64,000 nt of DNA from positions 2,232,001 to 2,296,000 of the forward strand of contig CATNEN010000034.1 of assembly GCA_950097015.1 (NCBI GenBank), read 5' to 3'. Below are positions 39,101 to 51,994 of the stretch, in pieces. Source of the stretch: Macrostomum hystrix (lineage: Eukaryota > Animalia > Platyhelminthes). A program made the position numbers and the translations under genes. The number at the start of each line of letters is the position of its first letter. The stretch's first letter is position 1. Under the pieces are notes generated by a model. It was given only the letters and a program-made list of their open reading frames with translations. It did not search any database and was not told where the DNA came from.

Positions 39101-42100
39101 AATATTCAACCAATCGCCATGAAAATCCAGAACACGGCCTAAAATATTCAACCAATCGCCATGAAAATCCAGAACACGGCCTAAAATATTCAACCAATCG
39201 CCATGAAAATCCAGAACACGGGCTAAAATATTCAACCAATCGCCAGGAAAATCCAGAACACGGCCTAAAATATTCAACCAATCGCCATGAGAATCCAGAA
39301 CACGGCCTAAAATATTCAACCAATCGCCATGAAAATCCAGAACACGGGCTAAAATATTCAACCAATAGCCAGGAAAATCCAGAACACGGCCTAAAATATT
39401 CAACCAATCGCCATGAGAATCCAGAACACGGCCTAAAATATTCAACCAATCGCCAGGAGAATCCAGAACACGGCCTAAAATATTCAACCAATCGCCAGGA
39501 AAATCCAGAACACGGCCTAAAATATTCAACCAATCGCCAGGAGAATCCAGAACACGGCCTAAAATATTCAACCAATCGCCAGGAAAATCCAGAACACGGG
39601 CTAAAATATTCAACCAATCGCCAGTAAAATCCAGAACACGGGCTAAATTATTCAACCAATCGCCAGGAAAATCCAGAACACGGCCTAAAATATTCAACCA
39701 ATCGCCATGAAAATCCAGAACACGGCCTAAAATATTCAACCAATCGCCAGGAAAATCCAGAACACGGCCTAAAATATTCAACCAATCGCCAGGAAAATCC
39801 AGAACACAGGCTAAAATATTCAACCAATCGCCATGAAAATCCAGAACACGGGCTAAAATATTCAACCAATCGCCATGAAAATCCAGAACACGGCCTAAAA
39901 TATTCAACCAATCGCCAGGAAAATCCAGAACACGGGCTAAAATATTCAACCAATCGCCAGGAAAATCCAGAACACGGGCTAAAATATTCAACCAATCGCC
40001 ATGAAAATCCAGAACACGGCCTAAATTATTCAACCAATCGCCAGGAAAATCCAGAACACGGCCTAAAATATTCAACCAATCGCCAGGAAAATCCAGAACA
40101 CGGGCTAAAATATTCAACCAATCGCCATGAAAATCCAGAACACGGCCTAAAATATTCAACCAATCTCCAGGAAAATCCAGAACACGGCCTAAAATATTCA
40201 ACCAATCGCCAGGAAAATCCAGAACACGGGCTAAATTATTCAACCAATCGCCAGGAAAATCCAGAACACGGGCTAAAATATTCAACCAATCGCCATGAAA
40301 ATCCAGAACACGGCCTAAAATATTCAACCAATCGCCATGAAAATCCAGAACACGGCCTAAAATATTCAACCAATCGCCATGAAAATCCAGAACACGGCCT
40401 AAATTATTCAACCAATCGCCATGAAAATCCAGAACACGGGCTAAAATATTCAACCAATCGCCATGAAAATCCAGAACACGGCCTAAAATATTCAACCAAT
40501 CGCCATGAAAATCCAGAACACGGCCTAAAATATTCAACCAATCGCCAGGAAAATCCAGAACACGGCCTAAAATATTCAACCAATCGCCATGGAAATCCAG
40601 AACACGGCCTAAAATATTCAACCAATCGCCATGAAAATTCAGAACACGGCCTAAAATATTCAACCAATCGCCAGGAAAATCCAGAACACGGCCTAAAATA
40701 TTCAACCAATCGCCATGAAAATCCAGAACACGGCCTAAAATATTCAACCAATCGCCATGAAAATCCAGAACACGGCCTAAAATATTCAACCAATCGCCAT
40801 GAAAATCCAGAACACGGCCTAAAATATTCAACCAATCGCCATGAAAATCCAGAACACGGCCTAAAATATTCAACCAATCGCCATGAAAATCCAGAACACG
40901 GCCTAAAATATTCAACCAATCGCCATGAAAATCCAGAACACGGCCTAAAATATTCAACCAATCGCCATGAAAATCCAGAACACGGCCTAAAATATTCAAC
41001 CAATCGCCATGAAAATCCAGAACACGGCCTAAAATATTCAACCAATCGCCAGGAAAATCCAGAACACGGGCTAAAATATTCAACCAATCGCCAGGAAAAT
41101 CCAGAACACGGGCTAAAATATTCAACCAATCGCCATGAAAATCCAGAACACGGCCTAAATTATTCAACCAATCGCCAGGAAAATCCAGAACACGGCCTAA
41201 AATATTCAACCAATCGCCAGGAAAATCCAGAACACGGGCTAAAATATTCAACCAATCGCCATGAAAATCCAGAACACGGCCTAAAATATTCAACCAATCT
41301 CCAGGAAAATCCAGAACACGGCCTAAAATATTCAACCAATCGCCAGGAAAATCCAGAACACGGGCTAAATTATTCAACCAATCGCCAGGAAAATCCAGAA
41401 CACGGGCTAAAATATTCAACCAATCGCCATGAAAATCCAGAACACGGCCTAAAATATTCAACCAATCGCCATGAAAATCCAGAACACGGCCTAAAATATT
41501 CAACCAATCGCCATGAAAATCCAGAACACGGCCTAAATTATTCAACCAATCGCCATGAAAATCCAGAACACGGGCTAAAATATTCAACCAATCGCCATGA
41601 AAATCCAGAACACGGCCTAAAATATTCAACCAATCGCCATGAAAATCCAGAACACGGCCTAAAATATTCAACCAATCGCCAGGAAAATCCAGAACACGGC
41701 CTAAAATATTCAACCAATCGCCATGGAAATCCAGAACACGGCCTAAAATATTCAACCAATCGCCATGAAAATTCAGAACACGGCCTAAAATATTCAACCA
41801 ATCGCCAGGAAAATCCAGAACACGGCCTAAAATATTCAACCAATCGCCATGAAAATCCAGAACACGGCCTAAAATATTCAACCAATCGCCATGAAAATCC
41901 AGAACACGGCCTAAAATATTCAACCAATCGCCATGAAAATCCAGAACACGGCCTAAAATATTCAACCAATCGCCATGAAAATCCAGAACACGGCCTAAAA
42001 TATTCAACCAATCGCCATGAAAATCCAGAACACGGCCTAAAATATTCAACCAATCGCCAGGAAAATCCAGAACACGGGCTAAAATATTCAACCAATCGCC

Positions 42101-42565
42101 ATGAGAATCCAGAACACGGCCTAAAATTTTCCGCTCTTCAACGATACTTTTCAACCGATACGATACAGTACAGAGCATTCAACGATTCTCGCCGGGGTGT
42201 CTGGTGGCAAAACCACCAAAATAGACAAAACATTTTCTGCCCACAATGTTTCATCAGTAGCCATGTCGGCTACTATTTTTGACTATATTCTATTGATTAT
42301 ATATCTAATTTATACGCTTTTAAACCAATGTGGATTCGCCATAGAGGTGAATGCAGAGCAATGGTAAATGCCCTTGTCACAAGGGTCTTCGACAAGAATG
42401 GCTGAATAACTCAAAATTGCTCAATTGGACGGCTTTGAAAGTTAGTTCATCAGACGGGAAATTTTACTTAAAATAGTGGACTTTCACGAAAATCGGTCAT
42501 TCAGTTTGGGAGCTATCGTGAAGTAGGCTGTGCTATTTTAATTACTCCCTGTGTTCTTTCTACTG
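33160..42565 (+). mobile_element. TTAA-flanked MITE (family M, piggyBac-like target site) inflated to 9.4 kb by an internal satellite
   Basis: TTAA (33156-33159)|CAGTAGAAGGACAACGGGG on the left and CCCTGTGTTCTTTCTACTG|TTAA (42566-42569) on the right: imperfect TIRs matching at 16/21. The unique portions are homologous to the ~550-bp copy at 18810 and to the copies near 44050, 51995 and 59366. Confidence 0.8.
33214..42127. repeat. 42-bp satellite array, ~212 units, with higher-order periodicity
   Basis: Unit AAAATATTCAACCAATCGCCATGAAAATCCAGAACACGGCCT. Diagnostic variants recur at offsets of 2688, 2142 and 1134 bp (64, 51 and 27 units). Confidence 0.98.
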
Positions 42566-42608
42566 TTAATAGGGCTTGTTTGGGCTAGAAAACTGCAATC
42601 CGACTCCT

Positions 42609-42975
42609 AATATAAAAATAATAATTGCAGGAGGACTGCGGGCAATGGCACATCATTTGGTGACGATAGACCCGCAGCCAGCGAGGAGGCAATTCTGCCC
42701 ATTTCGCTGACTCCTGAGCACACACGCACACAAATACCGTACGCAGGCACACGCTCACGCAGGTGTGTACATCTGCCCTGACTTTCTCATCGTCAGGCAG
42801 TGTACACTCTCACTGTGGCTTGGAGGTTGGCCCTCAAGGGCGTAAGTCGCACGACAAGCCACCAAGCCTTTTCTCCGCGGCTGCGCCCCAAATAAATGTG
42901 GCCTCGCCGTGGAATTGAACTTAGGGACCGTGGTGCGAGAGGCAAACGCGTTAGCCGCTCTGCCACCGACCCCCT
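42609..42975 (-). mobile_element. SINE family A, full length with a 12-bp target-site duplication
   Basis: AATCCGACTCCT at 42597-42608 and 42976-42987 flanks the head and the (AAT)n tail. Confidence 0.92.
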
Positions 42976-44049
42976 AATCCGACTCCTGTATCGGCTTAAA
43001 AAACTACTCATTTGAAGTGTTTCGGAGAAACCAAACAAACTCTGAAAAGCATTGAAATCGCTGTTGAAATTTCTAGCTGTAAGCCTTCATCAGTTTCCTA
43101 TTATTTTTTATATTGATTCCAGAAGCTCTAAACTAAAACGGCGAAATTTTATAGAAGAGTTGAGGCGCTTGCAGAGCAAAGTGATGCGGTTCCGTTCACT
43201 TTGATACCATGCTCAAGTGGAAGCTTTTCATGGCGCGGACTTCATGCAGGCGTTCAGGTGGGTCCCAGCGATGCATGAGTGCTCAATGGAGCAGGCCTCT
43301 AATAACAAAGTTAGAAATTGCCGTGCAACTTCAAGTGGAAAGTATAATTTTTTCATTCCGCAACAGAGAGGCAGGTAAGAAGCACTTCCTTTTTGTGTTA
43401 ATATTTGGGAACATTTTTGGCTCGAGCTGGCCAGGTGAAATTTTCTGCTACTTCGAAGTAATAAGCGAAGCGTCTTTCTGGAACTTTTCCGACTAATGCT
43501 TTATTTAATCACTAACTGATTGCGGCATATAAAACTCGAAAAAACACGTAACATGGATTTTTAATGCTCAACTTATCTAATTTACATTCTGAATGAGAAA
43601 TACTGTAAAATTATAAGCGACGCACTTGTAAGTATGCAGAACTCAAATATTGAGGAGCAAAATTAAGGTTTCAAAAAGAATTTTGCACTTAATTTTATTG
43701 ATCGAGCGAAAATCGCTGTGCAGAAAAAATCGACTGATTATGAAAAACTTCTTTCGTAATAAAAGGCAGTCTGATGATAAGATGGTTGACAATCGTAAGC
43801 TACTAAAAGTACATTTTTTTTTCATTTTAGATGCATTCGATTTTCCTGAATGAGAAATTATGCTTTTGTTGAATATTGTAAAATTTTTGGTAACCATTTT
43901 CATAGGTAACATTATATTTTAAGTTTAGCTTCGAAACTTTTCGATCAATTCAATCGAGACAATCGAGCGTGGAGTTCGATCAGTATTAGCAGTGGAAAGC
44001 CCACGGGAATATTTCAAGTGGAAGTTTATTTTATTTTATTTAAATAAAC

Positions 44050-44382
44050 CCGCAGTTTATTTTTCTGTTTCCTAAAAAATGCAAGCAATCGTCCTGCAAA
44101 TGCTAAACACATGCAAAAAATTTCCCCTTTATTCGATGAAAGAACTTCCAGAATCACATAATTTCGGCATCGTTGAGATATTAAACGATTCTCGTCGGGT
44201 TTCTGTTGGCAAAAACCAACAACATTTTTCTGCATTAATTTTGATTTGAAAATTTTGATTCACATGGTGGACTTTCATGAAAATGGTCAATCGGTTGGGG
44301 AGCTATCATGATGTAGGCGGTGGGTATTTGAAATCGCACGTGGTCTTTCCCCATGGGGGGAAATAGAGTGGTCCTTCTACTG
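44050..44382 (+). mobile_element. MITE family M copy with a degenerate left end
   Basis: Ends GTGGTCCTTCTACTG|TTAA (44383-44386); a degenerate 42-bp unit lies at ~44072-44112. Confidence 0.72.
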
Positions 44383-44425
44383 TTAAAAAACTGTTTAAAA
44401 AACTATTTTCATCAGTATTTCAATC

Positions 44426-47400
44426 CTAAGCAGAGTTCGGACCTGCATAGGCTCCGGTGGAAGCGGCGGTCGAGTTCGGACCTGCATAGGCTCCGGTGGA
44501 AGCGGCGGTCGAGTTCGGACCTGCATAGGCTCCGGTGGAAGCGGCGGTCGAGTTCGGACCTGCATAGGCTCCGGTGGAAGCGGCGGTCGAGTCCAGTTCA
44601 ACGATGTCCCCAGAAGACTCTCTCCCGAAAGAGCTATTCCGTAGCATCGCTGGATACTGTAGGTCAGTTGGCATTGTCTCAGGCGGCCTTGGAGGCAACG
44701 ATGGTGTCAGCGCCACCACAGAGAGTCGATTATTAGTTTTTCGCTGGTCTGAAACATCTGGATTATCGTATATATTGCTCTGACTATCGTCGTAGATAGG
44801 ATTATCGATGCTGTCAATTTTGCCATCGCTTCGGGCAGCAGATGACAGGCGGCGTGGCAAAGCAAGGAAAATTGACGGCCGCAACCAGAGCAACAGGAGC
44901 ACAACAGCCGCGCACACGATAGCGAAGAAAATGAGGGTGGCGACAGCGGCTGACCCCGAGGGAATGCCGCCGCTTTGACCCAGCGTTTCTGGCATGCAGT
45001 TTTTGCCATGTTTACCTGGCAGACAGAGGCACACATAGCTTCCCCTAAGGTTTTTGCATATCTCATTCTCGCTCTGGCAGGTGTTTTTTCCGTCCTCACA
45101 CTCGTCGATGTCATACTGGCACTGATCTCCACGGAAGCCCGACACACATTGACAGAAAAAACTGCCTGGGCGGTTTTCACAAGTTCCGCCGTTGAAGCAC
45201 AGTTTAGGGCTGGACTGAACGCACTCATCAATATCCTCTGAGCAGTTTCTTCCCCGCCATCCTGGGCCACAGACGCAGCTATAGTTGCCAACTAAGTTCA
45301 CGCAAACACTGCCATTCCCAAAACACGGCGAGCCTGATCGGCCATCGGCAGCTTGAACTTCGCACTCGTTGACGTCATGTTGACACTGTTTACCATGAAA
45401 TCCTATGGGGCAGTGGCACTGGAAGCCTCCAGGATTATTCTCACACGTTCCACCATTCAGACACACCGATGAGTTGGTCACAATAAGGTCGTCGACTGCT
45501 CCGTGGCTGTCGCATTCGTTCACATCCTCAGTGCAATTCCGGCCTTGCCACCCAGCACCACAAATGCAGCTGTAGTTGCCGGCCAAATTCTCACAGATGC
45601 TATCGTTTCCGAGACAAGGAGAGCCCACCGGTCCTCCTTCAATGCCCAGAAACGCACACTCATTAATATCTTCTTCGCAGCGTACGCCTCGAAATCCCAA
45701 CGGACAGTTGCAGGTGAAGTCGCCTGGAGAATTCACACAGGTTCCATTGTTCTCGCAAGTCAATCGGCCAGTCTGCTCGCATTCGTTTATGTCCTCCGTA
45801 CAGTTTCGGCCTTGCCAGCCCGCACCGCACTGGCAGAGGTAGGTGCCGAACGAGTTCGTGCAGATGCTTCCGTTTCCGTGACAGGGCGATGTCAATTGGC
45901 ACTCGTCAACATCGAGCTCGCATTCTTCTCCTTGAAAACCAGCAGGGCACTCACAGCCAGCACCCCTGCGACAAGTGCCACCGTTACGACAGGGCTTGTG
46001 ATGCATGCAGGGCGTGACGGGAACTGTACAATTCTCACCTGGGTAGAAAGACATGAGACTGGTTTTAGGGTAAAAGTTCAAATGAACTGAATGACTTAGA
46101 AGGATATTCAATGCATTCGAAAAGTCTGTTTTACTGCAATCGCAGTGTGATTTTATTTGCTCGCCAATCCAACTTTCCTACCCTAGCTGGTACCCAATCA
46201 CAGCTGGACGAACAAAATGGAATGCGTAATATTTCGTTACCTTCAAAAAGCGGAGGGCAGATGCAATAGAAACCAACAGGCCGAGGTATGCAGGTGGCAG
46301 CATTGTGGCACGGCTGGCTGCCGCAGTAGGTCTGTTGGCAGTCGGTCGTTGGGTCGTAGGCTTAAAATGAAAATGAATTCAGAATCATCTTTGGGGCCGG
46401 GAAGAAAATAAGGGAAAAATAAGGGCGAAAGTGAGGACGCCGCTACGGTCGCTTTGCGTCTCTGGCTGTAACCGCATCAATTTTTATACATAATTTACTG
46501 CGAATTGTTTATACGCCTACTTTTGTAACTTGCTTAGATTAGATACGAGTACATACACCATTTCCCAGTTAGGAGGGGATGAGTTGCAGAGCGATTAACG
46601 CGTTTGCCTCTCGCACCAAGGTCCATGAACTCGATTCCGCGGCGAGGCCACATTCATTTGGGGCGCAGCCGCAGAGTGAAGGCTTGTTGGATCGTCGTGC
46701 AATTTACGGCCTTGAGGTGCTAAATGATGTGCCATTTGCCTACAGCCCTCCTGCAATTATTACTATTATTAGCCCAGTTGGATCAGATGTTCTGCTTCAA
46801 AAGGCTGTGCAGAGCAGTTTTATTCGTGGACTGGTGGGATCGGCTGCACCTACCCAAATTTCTAACCCAGCGGACGCGGCATGGTACCCATTTTACGGTG
46901 AACTTTAGGGCTTGCGAAAGATGATGTCCTTACTACCCCAGTTAAAGTTTTTCGTATTATCATATTAGCATTCTCAGCCTCGCCTAAAAGTTCTATTAAA
47001 CGCGCTTGACAGCTCAGAATGTTCAGGGCCATTCATTTTCTCGCTTACTTGGCTCGCAGATTCTGTCTCCGTTCCAGTTGCATCGGTAGTGACCAGGGCC
47101 TCTATTTGGCTCGCAGAACTTCAAGCAGCCGGATCCGTAATAGTGGTCATTGCACCGGACTGATACCTGCATAATCAGCCTGCAAATAATCAGAAGGAAA
47201 AAATGTAAACTAGTCCAACAAGGATCCATATTCACGAAACTATCAGTGTGAGCTGTCTGGTATAATGTCAAGACTAGAATTATAAGAACAATGAAAGCTG
47301 TGGGCACTGCCACATCTTTTGGTGACACTAGACCCGCAGCCCTGAAGGGCGTAAATTGCACAACAAGTACCCAAAGCCTTCTCTCCGCGGCTGCGCCCCA

Positions 47401-48622
47401 AATGAATGTGGTCTCGCTGCAGAATCGAGCTCATGGACCTTTGTGCGAGAGGCAAACTTGTTAACCGTTCTGCCACTCAACCCATGTCTCGAAAGTATTG
47501 TTCGTGGCTCGTAAAAAAGGGTACAATTAGTTCATTAACTCGGTGGTAAAATCCAGACATGAGCAGCAGACTCACTCGGACTGAGCTTTGCCATTGTCTT
47601 TAAGCGTAACAGTATTTGCGCTGTCGTCACCGAACGCCTTCGCACGGGCTGAATAGCGATAGTAGAAGGTCCCGATGTAATCGTGCGACGTGATTGAGTC
47701 GTAATCATCGACGCGAACCGTAACATCCACGTGGCCCTTAATTCCGATATTAAAGAACGAAATAATTCAATCACAGCTTAAGAATGTTGGAATCAGTGGA
47801 GCCAAGTGGAGCTTGGAGTGAGCCAAGGTCACTGAGCTCGATTCAGCGGCGATGCCACATTCATATGGGACGCAGCCGCGGAGAGAAGGCTCGGGGGCTT
47901 GTAGTGTAATTTAGGCCTTTGAGGGCCAACCTCTATGGGAACAGTGCGAGTAGACACTGCCTCTGACAATGTGCTGCAGAGTCAGTCAGGGGAGATTTGC
48001 AAACCATTGTGAGTGTGCGTATGTGCTCAGAACTCAGTGGAATGGGTAGAATTGCCTCGTCCCTAACAGCAAATGAAGTACCGTTGCCCACAGTCGTCCT
48101 AAAAATATCAATATTTTTATACGCCAAATGATTTTCGAAAAGCTGAGGTAATTTCATTTCTGATCTATAGTTTCTAGGATGTCTTAAGAAATAATTAGTA
48201 TGTTACTGAATTGAAAATCGAATCGGATGGTTCGGTGTAAACTTACAGTGTACTCTGCTACCGTGTATACCAGCGGGTTGTTAATGTTGACAATTTTTTT
48301 GCGAAACTCCAGTGAGTTCATTTCACTTGCCCGATTAGTTACAACTCGGAAACTTTCTCTGCAAATGCAAATACCATCACATGAGTGGTTGCTGTCATTC
48401 TAATTGATGTCATAATTACTAGTAATAAACGAAAAGTGTCGATTCGAGTCTTTGCTCTCACCCGCCAGAGCTAATCCTAATTGTAAAGAATGGATCGCAG
48501 TGTCTATTTTTGAAATAGTAACCCGGGTCGCATCTGCGACCGTTGAACTGCAGGCCCGAGGGATTGGTGTAGTACATGAGCCGAACTCTGACCACAGAGG
48601 AGCAGTTCGCTGAGGCCGCAAA
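44426..48622 (-). CDS. Delta/Serrate-type (DSL) Notch-ligand-like protein A: C2/MNNL - DSL - 9 EGF - TM - cytoplasmic tail; signal-peptide exon not resolved
   Basis: Exons 48462-48622, 48247-48358, 47576-47736, 47049-47179 (CNDHYYGSGCLKFCEP...GHYRC), 46241-46360 and 44426-46038 join in frame. The EGFs carry calcium-binding D(I/V)(N/D)EC starts; TM segment VATLIFFAIVCAAVVLLLLWL. Confidence 0.85.
44433..44588. repeat. 39-bp coding minisatellite x4 (STAASTGAYAGPN) at the C-terminus of DSL-A
   Basis: Four identical units GAGTTCGGACCTGCATAGGCTCCGGTGGAAGCGGCGGTC. Confidence 0.95.
46574..46771 (+). mobile_element. SINE family A, internally deleted
   Basis: Head and tail are present but the middle is missing; CCCAGTT occurs on both sides (46564 and 46773), a possible target-site duplication. 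Confidence 0.8.
47278..47484 (-). mobile_element. SINE family A, internally deleted
   Basis: GGTGACACTAGACCCGCAGC joins directly to GAAGGGCGTAAATTG; the head ends at CTGCCAC. Confidence 0.8.
47815..48075 (+). mobile_element. SINE family A, degenerate
   Basis: GAGCTCGATTC...GCAGCCGCGGAGAGAAGGCT...GGGTAGAATTGCCTC. Confidence 0.75.
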
Positions 48623-48769
48623 CTGGAATGAAGGCTCAGTTAGACCGGTTTATGAGTATCTCGCACTAAAGGACCATTAGGAGTAGAATGACAGGAAATT
48701 ATACTTCTTACACTTTTTTCGATTATCACAGAAAAATACAAAGGTCTTCTATTGATACAACTATATAAA

Positions 48770-49130
48770 ACTTATAATAATAATAAGAATACTTGTACTT
48801 GCCAGAGGGCTGTGGGCGATGGCACGTAATTTGGGGATAGTTCCCCACAGCAAGCGAGCAGGCATTTCTGTCGATTCCACTGATTCCTCACATGCATACA
48901 GATACTGTCACAGGTATTCGCTCACACTGGTGTGAACATCTGCCCTGACTTTCTCATCGTCAGGCAGTGTACATTTTCAGTGCGCCTTGGAGTTCGGCCC
49001 TCAAGGGCGTAAATTGCTCGACGATCCAACAAGTCTTGACTCTGCGGCTGCACCCCAAATGAATGTGGCCTCGCCGCGGAATCGAGCTCATGGACCTCGG
49101 TGCGAGAGGCAAACGCGTTAACCGCTCTAA
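48770..49130 (-). mobile_element. SINE family A
   Basis: (AAT)n tail at ~48775 and reverse-complement body up to GGCAAACGCGTTAACCGCTCT. Confidence 0.85.
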
Positions 49131-49946
49131 GTTACTAAGCTCTTTTAGGCACAAAGAGCAAAGGAAAAAATAAATTCGAAATTTCCACAGCTAATGCTTC
49201 ACAGAAATCAATGAATGTATCAATAAGGAAAAATATCTAAATATGAGCCTTCAATCTGCCTCCAATCAAACTAAGCCACTAAATTTTAGCAGAAAAATAT
49301 GTGAAAATTCTCCATCTCCGTTGTATCTCCTAAACGTTTTCTAAGAAACTTAATTTCCCGCCCTTCCACTCTTCGTGGTCCTTGTTCTAGTGGTGTATTT
49401 ATATTCCTATTGACTTACCATTAGACACAGGGCTATCAGAACTGTGTACCCTCGCTGTGTGTCCATTGTTAGCGTTACACAGAATGCGAGCATCTGCTAA
49501 CGGTTCGCAGTACGAAGGAGTTGTGCTACTGATTTTCTGAAAATTAAGTTCTTTCCACATGCCAAGAACTTATTCATTTTCTCTCTTAATTACTCAACGA
49601 CAGCACAGGTGTAGGAACAGGTGAAATACAAAATCGCAAAACCCCGAAAGCACTGCGACCAAATTAGCATGGCCACATTGGCTGGCTAGATACATCAGCA
49701 TTGTAGCAAAAATCTGAATCCAATATGAGGCAGAAACCGTGGCATGTAAGCAGTCCTCAAGACTAAATCTTGCATAAAATTGACGAAACTTTAACATCTT
49801 GTTAGAGCTCGGATATTTAAAACTGGACTAATAAAACTGTGATACAATTGTATTATGCAATGTGTATGATACAATTTTAGTGAGCTCGACGATGCGATAA
49901 GATTTCAACCTGAAAATTTGTGATAGAAACTCCAAAAACGGTTGCG

Positions 49947-51771
49947 TTGGTTCACTATACAGTCTGTTGGTTCACTATACAGTCTGTTGGTTCACTATAC
50001 AGTCTGTTGGTTCATCACTATACAGTCTGTTGGTTCACTATACATTCTGTTGGTTCATCACCATACAGTCTGTTGGTTCATCACCATACAGTCTGTTGGT
50101 TCACTATACAGCCTGTTGGTTCACTATACAGCCTGTTGGTTCAGCACTATACAGTCTGTTGGTTCACTATACAGTCTGTTGGTTCACTATACAGTCTGTT
50201 GGTTCATCACTATACAGTCTGTTGGTTCATCACTATACAGTCTGTTGGTTCACTATACATTCTGTTGGTTCATCACCATACAGTCTGTTGGTTCACTATA
50301 CAGCCTGTTGGTTCACTATACAGTCTGTTGGTTCATCACTATACAGCCTGTTGGTTCACTATACAGCCTGTTGGTTCAGCACTATACAGTCTGTTGGTTC
50401 ACTATACAGTCTGTTGGTTCATCACTATACAGCCTGTTCGTTCATCACTATACAGCCTGTTGGTTCACTATACATCCTGTTGGTTCACTATACAGTCTGT
50501 TGGTTTACTATACAGTCTGTCGGTTCACTATACAGCCTGTTGGTTCATCACTATACAGTCTGTTGGTTCACTATACAGTCTGTTGGTTCATCACTATACA
50601 GCCTGTTGGTTCATCACTATACAGTCTGTTGGTTCACTATACAGTCTGTTGGTTCATCACTATACAGCCTGTTCGTTCATCACTATACAGCCTGTTGGTT
50701 CACTATACATCCTGTTGGTTCACTATACAGTCTGTTGGTTTACTATACAGTCTGTCGGTTCACTATACAGTCTGTTGGTTCACTATACAGTCTGTTGGTT
50801 CATCACTATACAGCCTGTTGGTTCATCACTATACAGTCTGTTGGTTCATCACTATACAGTCTGTTGGTTCACTATACAGTCTGTTGGTTCATCACTATAC
50901 AGCCTGCTGGTTCATCACTATACAGCCTGTTGGTTCATCACTATACAGTCTGTTGGTTCATCACTATACAGTCTGTTGGTTCACTATACAGTCTGTTGGT
51001 TCATCACTATACAGCCTGTTGGTTCATCACTATACAGTCTGTTGGTTCACTATACATCCTGTTGGTTCACTATACAGTCTGTTGGTTCACTATACAGTCT
51101 GTTGGTTCACTATACAGTCTGTTGGTTCACTATACAGTCTGTTGGTTTACTATACAGTCTGTCGGTTCACTATACAGTCTGTTGGTTCACTATACAGTCT
51201 GTTGGTTCACTATACAGTCTGTTGGTTCACTATACAGTCTGTCGGTTCACTATACAGTCTGTTTGTTCACTATACAGTCTGTTGGTTCACTATACAGTCT
51301 GTTTGTTCACTATACAGTCTGTTGGTTCACTATACAGTCTGTTGGTTCACTATACAGTCTGTTGGTTCATCACTATACAGTCTGTTGGTTCACTATACAG
51401 TCTGTCGGTTCACTATACAGTCTGTTTGTTCACTATACAGTCTGTTGGTTCACTATACAGTCTGTTGGTTCACTATACAGTCTGTTGGTTCATCACTATA
51501 CAGCCTGTTGGTTCACTATACAGTCTGTCGGTTCACTATAAAGTCTGTTGGTTCATCACTATACAGCCTGTTGTTTCACTATACAGTCTGTTGGTTCACT
51601 ATACAGTCTGTTGGTTTACTATACAGTCTGTTGGTTCACTATACAGTCTGTTGGTTCATCACTATACAGTCTGTTGGTTTACTATACAGTCTGTCGGTTC
51701 ACTATACAGTCTGTTGGTTCATCACTATACAGTCTGTTGGTTTACTATACAGTCTGTTGGTTCACTATACA
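49947..51771. repeat. 20/23-bp minisatellite, (GGTTCA[TCA]CTATACAGTCTGTT)n, between the two DSL paralogs
   Basis: Read directly; two length variants are interspersed. Confidence 0.97.
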
Positions 51772-51994
51772 CTATTTAATATCTTACCTGTTAAAATGCG
51801 ACGAATGACACTCTAAGAAAAAACTAAGTAAAAAACAACACTTTAATTGGGCTTTATCAAGCAATAGTAGTTCTCGGTTAATTTTTTTTCTAATTACGTA
51901 CAATCAAACGCCTTGTAAGAAGTATTAATGACTATTGAGGATATTGTAGATATTGAGGATATTGAGAATTTCAATATTACCATCTTGGAATATA

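Noticed and set aside
33214-42127. CRISPR-like regular repeat arrays
   Set aside because: The units are head-to-tail with no unique spacers, there are no cas genes, and the context is eukaryotic.
33089-42178. 3029-aa ORF of (GRVLDFHGDWLNIL)n starting at a real ATG
   Set aside because: It is a by-product of a stop-free 42-bp unit. Only 5 of 126 single-base changes create a stop in this frame, and the observed variants are mostly non-synonymous (H>P, G>A, F>S, D>N), which argues against protein-level selection. Ribo-seq or proteomics could overturn this.
43209-43912. Short ORFs in the AT-rich gap between the satellite and DSL-A
   Set aside because: No recognisable domain and no consistent splice partners.
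49920-51816. Three overlapping 500-620-aa plus-strand ORFs
   Set aside because: All three frames are open because the 20/23-bp unit has no plus-strand stop codon; the translations simply cycle through the frames.
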